Assembly (NCBI RefSeq): GCF_026571515.1
Contig: NW_026865440.1
Span: forward strand, 248,001-312,000
DNA length: 64,000 nt
Direction: 5' to 3'
DNA from: Ruditapes philippinarum
Taxonomy: Eukaryota
Under the pieces are notes generated by a model that was given only the letters and a program-made list of their open reading frames with translations, had not been told where the DNA came from and made no database searches. Shown in pieces: positions 61,301 through 64,000 of this stretch. Within the stretch, counting starts at the first letter, position 1; every line of letters begins with the position of its first letter. The translations under genes and the position numbers were made by a program.

Positions 61301-62978
61301 TTTTATCATGTTATTAATAAAACACCTAGGGGTTTTCATGACAGTAATGATAGCTCGAAAAATTTCATCCAAAATGTCAGATAATATTTAAAAAATATTC
61401 ATGCTAACGGCTTTATTATCCTTTGATTCTTTTATGTTCACAGTGTTATCGGATTGTTTCGTGAGTGAAGTATTTACTTGGAATGTTTCATAGGGGCAGT
61501 ATCATCTCGAAATTTTTCATGACGTCAGTTTTATAACGCAGTGTTTTCTTGACGTCAATATTATCTAGGATTCTTTTATGATGGCAGTGTTATCTCGGAT
61601 TGTTTCATGAGGGAAGTATTATCCCGGATTGTTTCAGTAGGGAAGTAATATCTCGGATTCTTTCAAAGTGACATTATTATCTCTGATTGTTTCATGAGAG
61701 AAGTATTATATTTTATTGTTTCATGAAGGATGTATAATCTCGGATTGTTTTTAATGACGGCAGTATAAGCTCGCATTATTTCATGACTGCAGTTATATTT
61801 CGGATTGTTTCATGATGGAATATAAGCTCGGAATGTTTTCTTGACGGCAGTTTTATCTCGGATTAATTAATGACAGCAATATTATCTCGGATTGTATCTT
61901 GACTGCAGTAATATTCCGGATTCTTTTCTGAATGCTGTATTATCTCAGATTGTTTCACGACAGCAGTAATATCTGGGATCGTTTCTCCACGACAGGATTG
62001 TCTCGTATTCTTTTCATGCGGGCAGTATTACCTCAGATTGTTTTATGATGGCAGTTTTATCTTGGATGGTTTCTTAACGTCAGTTATATCTCGGATTGTT
62101 TCATGACGTCAGTTTTATTCTGAATTATTTTATGAAAGTATCAATATCGTAGCCTATTTGAAGAAAGCAATATAACCTCGGATAATGCCGTGATGGATTA
62201 CTTCATGACAAAAATAGAAGTCCATAGTTTTTCATGAAAGTAATGATAGCTCGAAAAAAAAATGCATCGGAAAAGTAGGATAAAAAATTCAATTCATGTT
62301 TAAGATGTTCATGTTTTAACCTTTAAAGTACGACTACACAGCTACTGTAAAGATTTGCAATACACCGAATTAGTTCTTGTCTAGACAATATTAAAAGTTG
62401 TACTATTATATATGTTTAAGTATGATGATTGATTAAATTATATTTAAGTTAAAGTTTGGCAGAATTTCATTACTTTTAAAATACGTAGATATTTATATTG
62501 CCAATATATACATTTACTTTTATTCTTCTGTATTGCCAAGGCATGAATTTACAAATTGCATTTCGAATATACTTACTTTATTTCGGAAATTCCTTAACCG
62601 ACATATGTCTGCTTCCATTGTTACATCGGTATGTGCTGGTGTTGCCCTCCAGTTAAATTTTGTATTTAATCCAAAACAGTTCAGGTTTCTCAGAAGACAA
62701 ATAATCAGCGTGATGTCCAAATCTGCCGAAGTTGGGACTTTACAACCCGCTGGAAACAATAGGTCATATTGGACCTGGGTTATAATGCCGCGGTTTTTCA
62801 AATGTGTTATTGTTGACTTTTCTTGAGTCAACCACGCACTGAACGTTATGCATTGAGATGTCAAGGACTGGTCCAGTATATTTCTCAATACCAGGAGACC
62901 ACCATCAATGACTAGTATTTGTAACCGAAACAAAAATATACGGTTATCTAGCGTCTTTGGCTGACCTCCGGTTGCCAT
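1894..62978 (-). CDS. Spliced host gene: HEPN(DZIP3-like)-coiled coil-NACHT-LRR NLR-like protein, ~1078 aa; join of 62577-62978, 58036-58107, 55869-56136, 30092-30175, 1894-4304
   Basis: All junctions are GT-AG with compatible phases (0,0,1,1). The summed length of 3237 nt gives one open frame. The HEPN RxxxxH motif (RNK|ISH) is completed across intron 1. Extra exons, for example in the N gaps, cannot be excluded. Confidence 0.7.
6937..7055. mobile_element. Short palindromic MITE
   Basis: gatagatgatgtgttttaaagtag...ctactttaaaacacatcatctatc inverted arms. Confidence 0.6.
7056..8490. mobile_element. Non-autonomous TIR DNA transposon (GAG termini, Sola-like)
   Basis: ~25-bp TIR gagtcaccgtacctgtgctcgaccag versus ctggttgagcactggtccggtgactc. 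The superfamily is inferred only from the termini. Confidence 0.55.
7795..8337. mobile_element. Nested MITE with an internal tRNA-like segment; partial inverted copy at ~30890-31190
   Basis: 25-bp TIR tgtccaacaacattgacctggcact / agtgctaggtcaatattgtttgaca. Reverse-complement similarity to 30890-31190. Confidence 0.55.
9920..10456. mobile_element. MITE (PIF/Harbinger-like termini), GATC-rich interior
   Basis: TIR atgttctcaccgccgatcagatcaactcgatc / gatcgaattgatctgaaaggcggtgagaatac. Confidence 0.6.
10785..10945. repeat. Degenerate (CCTA/CCTG)n microsatellite
   Basis: Directly visible. Confidence 0.9.
11539..13159 (+). repeat. Left terminal inverted repeat (~1.62 kb)
   Basis: Near-identical reverse complement of 26853-28321. 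Has internal ~140-bp and ~46-bp subrepeats. Confidence 0.97.
13301..13516 (+). promoter_or_regulatory. pPolB promoter: 70-bp tandem units (CCAAT, TGACG, TTAAAAATAG) then TATATAAG
   Basis: Units start at 13301, 13371 and 13441. TATA at 13509-13516 lies ~55 nt before caacATG at 13569. Confidence 0.6.
13569..18237 (+). pseudogene. polB: Protein-primed family B DNA polymerase (pPolB), two -1 frameshifts (~17180, ~17437)
   Basis: Exo motifs FFDFEC, HNMKGYDG, YCRSDV; pol motifs YVDFTSLYP, KLCLNSFWGKF, YYDTDS, KNY. Spread over ORFs 13455-17225, 17222-17515 and 17446-18237. The real start is probably 13569 because a TATA box lies downstream of 13455. Confidence 0.95.
18295..18510 (+). repeat. ~21-bp tandem repeat tcaaaaagtgtcactgctgtg between polB and the ATPase unit
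   Basis: About five adjacent copies at 18403-18505 plus dispersed copies. It follows an AATAAA at 18238. Confidence 0.85.
18629..18907 (+). CDS. Small two-TM membrane protein of the Maverick
   Basis: Hydrophobic IVYFCQMIIVYIIIIVSIINL and LWISLLSSCIGYAL segments; ends 2 nt before the ATPase ATG. The ORF could start at 18590. Confidence 0.7.
   Translation: MNDTESHEPERDTFIHFSKADEEIRSNGDKWHLLGTRVPQAEIVYFCQMIIVYIIIIVSIINLSLQNGTSELWISLLSSCIGYALPSPKLKK
18910..19563 (+). CDS. A32/FtsK-HerA-like DNA packaging ATPase
   Basis: Walker A GQTGSGKT, Walker B LIIIDDL, GCHHRRVSVILITQNLY. Confidence 0.95.
   Translation: MKASLPFEPCSSMCISGQTGSGKTQWVYKFLLNLRDMYSKDPPSHILYSYGIHQDLFDEMERSIPNFYSKRGLPTAEEMDDFTKDKRHKLIIIDDLMHEVMKNKDMELLFTQGCHHRRVSVILITQNLYPGGKHARTIALNTWYMVLMKNLRDVSQVGILGRQLYPGKSKGFVKAYEDALSTKHGYFLVDMSPHAEDKYRLRTHVFPGEDPLVYKLT
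19559..19897 (+). CDS. Small basic helical Maverick protein (paralog of 23170-23517); no in-frame ATG
   Basis: Frame is open from 19559: HFLHLLKSTTTTQRKALLSKITKQQLKALTQIAYNIL..., which aligns with the 23170-23517 protein. Confidence 0.65.
   Translation, partial: RKKQCETSKSNHGRHFLHLLKSTTTTQRKALLSKITKQQLKALTQIAYNILRFKIRLTPSEKAQLKRQRRVIHLIGNRSIGFKQKREAIRHKPRVIYTLVKIAFAYLEPVLA
19897..20067 (+). CDS. Small ORF MEKFILVPYEKYQRML... (56 aa; below the ORF-track cut-off), disrupted by an 11-bp duplication
   Basis: ATG overlaps the previous stop (TAATG). ggaaaaaggcg is duplicated near 20021-20043. Confidence 0.55.
   Translation: MEKFILVPYEKYQRMLQLKTKGFGEVTEYKPTKLSLPPPGERKKAGKRRENLKKLQ
20110..20180. 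terminator. Bidirectional poly(A) region between convergent Maverick transcription units
   Basis: Plus-strand AATAAA at 20133-20138; minus-strand AATAAA at 20170-20175 and 20116-20121. Confidence 0.55.
20158..20583 (-). pseudogene. Adenain-like cysteine protease with an in-frame TGA at 20305-20307
   Basis: NTD..GPGKHWV, FFDSLG, Q-DTK*DTCGLYC. The frame continues after the stop to 20158. Confidence 0.92.
20580..22343 (-). pseudogene. Double jelly-roll major capsid protein interrupted by a MITE
   Basis: ELSLFVTPPTDTS, YPYKAYI, DLFQQSKLLINGV, G.YSKNPFNF|KHYNC..VDGQSLP, LELKF. Removing 20927-21435 plus one TTAA restores a single frame. Confidence 0.92.
20927..21435. mobile_element. 509-bp TTAA-specific MITE (Kolobok-like termini)
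   Basis: TTAA at 20923-20926 and 21436-21439. 19-bp TIR agggagacacaggcaaaat / attttgcctgagtatccct (2 mismatches). Confidence 0.9.
22346..22711 (-). CDS. Uncharacterised Maverick protein with a basic NLS-like tail (candidate virion core protein)
   Basis: Packed between mCP and MCP; PVKLVSPVAQAIEIAKSEV; KRKK...KRKR tail. The ORF track starts it at 22735. Confidence 0.7.
   Translation of the reverse strand: MGSIEVYDHKQQKWVPYTPDPEKWYQHFKDLRDGYVKADHKGRYIVGSGNHLRKMAEMKQSPPVKLVSPVAQAIEIAKSEVNRMKVEEGEERKKGPQKRKKAPTPAYKPSKRKRLNPEFQF
22699..23130 (-). CDS. Minor capsid (penton-like single jelly-roll) protein
   Basis: FYLYLSS.DS....NN...DF...FP......GNW..A.TE; LYLCCNLI; YVPV....FNSL.LYLRDE pattern. 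Confidence 0.85.
   Translation of the reverse strand: MSDFYLYLSSRDSQDIRKNNDPADFYIQFPKSYTFDGNWICAVTETSLTCDFTPRSKRLYLCCNLIQQTYVRNTQVPVLRNVEVGSRYKKLQFVEYSHPVYVPVTVNHFNSLHLYLRDEDLNSVEFKSNDLHCVLHFKKVWAP
23170..23517 (-). CDS. Small basic helical Maverick protein
   Basis: Intact 115-aa ORF within the structural cassette; LLRSLAS..VSLTRKKSLL. Confidence 0.75.
   Translation of the reverse strand: MNQSQVYRKLNFLLQLKDATVAVRKNMITNMTGGQMKAIAQVAKRLVNGTINPPRRDVQLLERRRNLLRSLASENVSLTRKKSLLRRHHSLVPVLLRPPYLFDTIMDEIRTTREA
23537..24064 (-). CDS. TATA-binding protein (TBP) core homologue, element-encoded
   Basis: Two TBP repeats: NVVCSANL...DL...YDPKTFPGLI...LVFSNG...CNG and YARRIQRLGF...YEPELFPSL...FHSGKVVITG. 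Intronless, no N-terminal tail. Confidence 0.93.
   Translation of the reverse strand: MIITNVVCSANLSCSIDLKQLCYRIANARYDPKTFPGLIWQHKTIGGNCLVFSNGVINCNGKALSVTEGRQRLRQYARRIQRLGFTVRLKEIKLITISASHTLSNALDLQLLAKERQVVYEPELFPSLNFKREGAHFCCFHSGKVVITGIKNLSQIDDVVYPVLIELELYTRKKE
24121..24148 (-). promoter_or_regulatory. Candidate promoter of the TBP/structural cassette: GTCACGTGA E-box plus GTATATAAAAC
   Basis: Both motifs lie in the 84-bp integrase-TBP gap. Confidence 0.5.
24149..25288 (-). CDS. int: Retroviral-type (rve) integrase with C-terminal chromodomain
   Basis: WDMDLMD, TDRGMEF, AE(I)CIKTLK, YNSTIHRSLG; chromodomain YHVEKIL...LVRWLHWPKKFDSWI. The start may be MSNWK at 25261. Confidence 0.96.
   Translation of the reverse strand: MYLYLLSINMSNWKQYLSSLYFDTSNPASYSGVEKLYQYIKSEGKFKIGRHKIRKWLQSQQAYSLTRGARRKFPRSRVIVEGIDSQWDMDLMDMVDLAKHNDGYKYVLMVIDIFSRFAYCEPIKTKKGGDVVNALERILSGSRKPKTVRTDRGMEFRSKEVNKYLQDMDIHHFYALNTETKANFAEICIKTLKHKLFRYMIKNRTQRYVDVLRNIVLSYNSTIHRSLGDKPINITKESEGESRLQQYLLRTKGRPTNNRIRHYKFKVGQTVRVSHVKSVFDREYSQKWTGEIFKIKSRFKRDNVCVYTLIDWANEEKIDGTFYEQELQAVSVDENTEYHVEKILKKRTRNKRKEVLVRWLHWPKKFDSWIPEKDLTQYS
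25326..25475 (-). CDS. Putative 49-aa ORF MLTLVCMVWIWLRHYQVRRE...
   Basis: ATG lies 2 nt after the BIR stop, fills the BIR-integrase gap, hydrophobic N-terminus. Confidence 0.4.
   Translation of the reverse strand: MLTLVCMVWIWLRHYQVRREYREATEHLLDILERYIEDTRTHTLYSTVL
25478..25927 (-). CDS. Single-BIR inhibitor-of-apoptosis-like protein with an FG-rich tail
   Basis: RLKTF...LASAGLYY...CFRC...W......EH.KWSPNC (CCHC zinc ligands). The true start is probably 25894 or 25858, as a TATA box overlaps the first ATG. Confidence 0.92.
   Translation of the reverse strand: MKTPRSFGINKMNVTDCKPLNKNMEYYDNRLKTFETYPKQMLPDKYQLASAGLYYSGKADVCACFRCHVKLSAWERSDCALREHYKWSPNCEYIRIVGAPQQKPTPIGGFGAFVSTTRPTPCGFGGFSSTTTAANLFVNNKAITTHQRH
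25925..26019 (-). promoter_or_regulatory. BIR gene promoter: TATA, CCAAT and three MEF2-like boxes
   Basis: GTATATAAA ~25927-25935; ATTGG 25953; TTATTTTTAG 25961; CTATTTATAG 25986 and 26010. Confidence 0.55.
26030..26524 (-). CDS. Tandem PC4/Sub1 (ssDNA-binding, whirly-like) domain protein with a C-terminal Cys/His cluster
   Basis: LGNQRYVQV.EWKG..RVDIREW...PTKKGIWL..W and LGGNVFC.V....VDIRQFW...PTRKGICL; C-terminal CY...H......C..C. Confidence 0.9.
   Translation of the reverse strand: MANNSRCKYSLGNQRYVQVNEWKGELRVDIREWQDDKPTKKGIWLTLMRWKNLTDAIEYVDQTLQNSQTYNTHLGGNVFCNVGEGSVCVDIRQFWKPENDVVPTRKGICLRPAEYSRLKELMPEIGRNLPELDAVVPCYLQSDHMNQLGALQCSECNPNDCRNW
26577..26676 (-). promoter_or_regulatory. 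PC4 gene promoter: CTATAAAAG plus three CCAAT boxes
   Basis: TATA 26577-26585; ATTGG at 26602, 26629 and 26672. Confidence 0.6.
26853..28321 (-). repeat. Right terminal inverted repeat (~1.47 kb)
   Basis: Reverse complement of the left TIR, lacking ~12171-12339 and with a 17-bp duplication (agctttcggtttattct) near 27329-27363. Confidence 0.97.
28454..28675. mobile_element. Palindromic MITE
   Basis: tgagccgtgccatgacaaaaccaacat...atgttggttttgtcatgacgcggctca; near-full-length hairpin. Confidence 0.85.
29015..29183. mobile_element. Tc1/pogo-like MITE
   Basis: TA-cagtcaaac...ggtttgactg termini with gtggtctt subterminal repeats. Confidence 0.6.
30092..30175 (-). CDS. Small phase 1-1 internal exon of the NLR-like gene (DETRQNRQNEGNIFQRFLERRRYNRMKT)
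   Basis: ttcttcAG acceptor and GTaaga donor. It is 84 nt, open, and joins in frame to both neighbours. Confidence 0.6.
30574..30728. other. Assembly gap
   Basis: N run. Confidence 1.
31586..31716. repeat. Degenerate (GAT)n microsatellite
   Basis: Directly visible. Confidence 0.9.
33930..41496. repeat. ~69-bp satellite array with internal inversions
   Basis: Unit tagatatttcatgtggcaatctttgacaatgtctccagccaaatctggtacatatagagatatgcgttc. Orientation flips at ~39100, ~39970 and ~41178. Confidence 0.95.
41684..43440. mobile_element. Two head-to-tail copies (~0.9 kb) of a non-coding element with a terminal hairpin (Crypton-like, tentative)
   Basis: Units start attattaccc(c/t)tcac at 41684 and 42591. 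Each ends in a long inverted repeat. Confidence 0.6.
46765..50902 (+). mobile_element. Decayed CR1/L2-group LINE ORF2 (APE endonuclease + RT), (TTG)n tail
   Basis: LNILTINVGGL, GDFNSR, TVDYF, SDVHS; KASGYDNI, YRPITL, QAG.RKG, KQAFD, GVRQG, YADD (49050), YKYLG, ILLYGSEIWG. Many stops and frameshifts. AATAAA then (TTG)n at ~50870-50902. The 5' boundary is uncertain. Confidence 0.92.
48179..48253. repeat. (AAT)n microsatellite inside the LINE
   Basis: Directly visible. Confidence 0.95.
53846..53989. other. Assembly gap
   Basis: N run. Confidence 1.
55869..56136 (-). CDS. Internal exon: end of HEPN region plus heptad coiled coil
   Basis: ttttAG acceptor, GTttgt donor (phase 1). Reads ILVRLSSPALNIQQKIDEFKTCPLD..., with heptads VKKNVTD/VKKDLED/IKEHVTD/VKRDVDE. 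Confidence 0.8.
56575..57345. repeat. ~34-bp minisatellite gaaacactgaaagtacttgacacctgaaaatcgt
   Basis: Well conserved at 57010-57320, degenerate upstream. Confidence 0.9.
58036..58107 (-). CDS. Internal exon ISHIPTTTAIQQNDFTVWLNDIEQ (contains the HEPN His)
   Basis: tttcAG acceptor, CAG|GTaagc donor, 72 nt, phase 0-0. Confidence 0.8.
58785..62260. repeat. ~29-bp satellite tatctcggattgtttcatgacggcagtat
   Basis: A ~3.5-kb array of diverged copies in intron 1 of the HEPN gene. Confidence 0.92.
62577..62978 (-). CDS. First coding exon: DZIP3/hRUL138-like HEPN domain
   Basis: MATGG start; QYDLLFP...DLDITLIICLLRNL...ADICRLRNFRNK; donor AAA|GTAAGT at 62576. Likely acceptor tttacAG at 63021-63020. 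Confidence 0.85.
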
Positions 62979-64000
62979 TTTGTTTACTCTTTGATTTGTT
63001 ACATCTGTTATAGCCACATCTGTAAATGATGAAACGTACAAGTTATTTTAAAAATTAAACAATTGCTTTAAACACTTCTTATACATGTAATTATGCTTAG
63101 AATCGTTATCATTATATAAACAATTTATGTTAATGATTTCGATTCTTTAAAATAGAAATGTTGACAGATTGTGTTTCTGTCAAATAACTCAGATTAAGAC
63201 TTTATTATTCTAATTCATTTAATACAAAAATAACCTTTTTTAAAGAGAAAATGATTCAATAATCATTTTATGTGATCAATAAAAATAAATTTATAGTAAA
63301 AGAATTCAAAACTAAATTGAATATCATTTATTGTAGTCTAGGACAACAATTACATCCGTTTTGTTCAAGTATAAACATTTGCAGTACATTATACTTTATT
63401 GTGTTATGATTAAAAAAGCTTCAAAAAGGAGAAATAGGTATTCAGGTAGAACAATCTTGGTAAACTGATATCTTATCAGAGTTCTTTAACTATGGAGGCT
63501 TATTAGACGATGACGATACATAACGAATACTTGACATTTAAGAATTGCATTTCAAGCCTTTATTTAAATTGAGAAAACAGTTGTTTTACATTTTGTTTTC
63601 ATACATTTAACTGACCCAAGGGCAAGGCTAGTTTGATCCAAGAAACATGATTGGACCAATTTTTTTTTAAGTAATCAAGGACCAGAAACAGTGCACCACA
63701 AAAGCAATACAAATATTTGATTAATATTAATATTAAAAATTATTAATATTGTGGATGTCAACAGGGCAATACTACAGGAAAAATGTCTAAATCATATCCA
63801 TAAATTTAGTGTTGCACTAGCAAGTGGGTAGTCTAAAGTCGTTTTTTAACAAAGCTAATTATAACCTCTAACTACCAATAGGGAATTACTGAAATCAATT
63901 CATACATTAGTGGCTTGATCAGGCGAAACAAATTTAAGTACCTACAGATGATTTTTTCGATTGACAACGCATTATGCCAGTATTTAATATGTTTACACGC

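Noticed and set aside
58785-62260. 29-bp repeats as a CRISPR array
   Set aside because: Contiguous degenerate tandem units without spacers.

Overview
AT-rich eukaryotic (animal) genomic DNA. The repeat types suggest a marine invertebrate, probably a bivalve (inference). Two structures dominate. (1) A minus-strand host gene reconstructs across almost the whole window from five phase-compatible exons (62577-62978, 58036-58107, 55869-56136, 30092-30175, 1894-4304). It encodes a ~1078-aa DZIP3-type HEPN / coiled-coil / NACHT / degenerate-LRR NLR-like protein. (2) A complete ~16.8-kb Maverick/Polinton endogenous DNA virus (11539-28321) sits in the last intron, with AGTAGT termini, ~1.5-1.6-kb TIRs and a 6-bp TSD (GTTCTG). 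It carries the core genes: pPolB, packaging ATPase, adenain protease, major and minor capsid, and integrase-chromodomain. It also carries an unusual accessory set: a TATA-binding-protein homologue, a tandem PC4/Sub1 protein and a single-BIR IAP-like protein, each behind a clear TATA-containing promoter. This copy is damaged: two pPolB frameshifts, a protease nonsense codon and a TTAA MITE in the capsid gene. The rest of the introns hold satellites (69, 34 and 29 bp), a decayed CR1/L2-group LINE, many MITEs and two N gaps. All calls were made by eye from motifs; no database searches were run.
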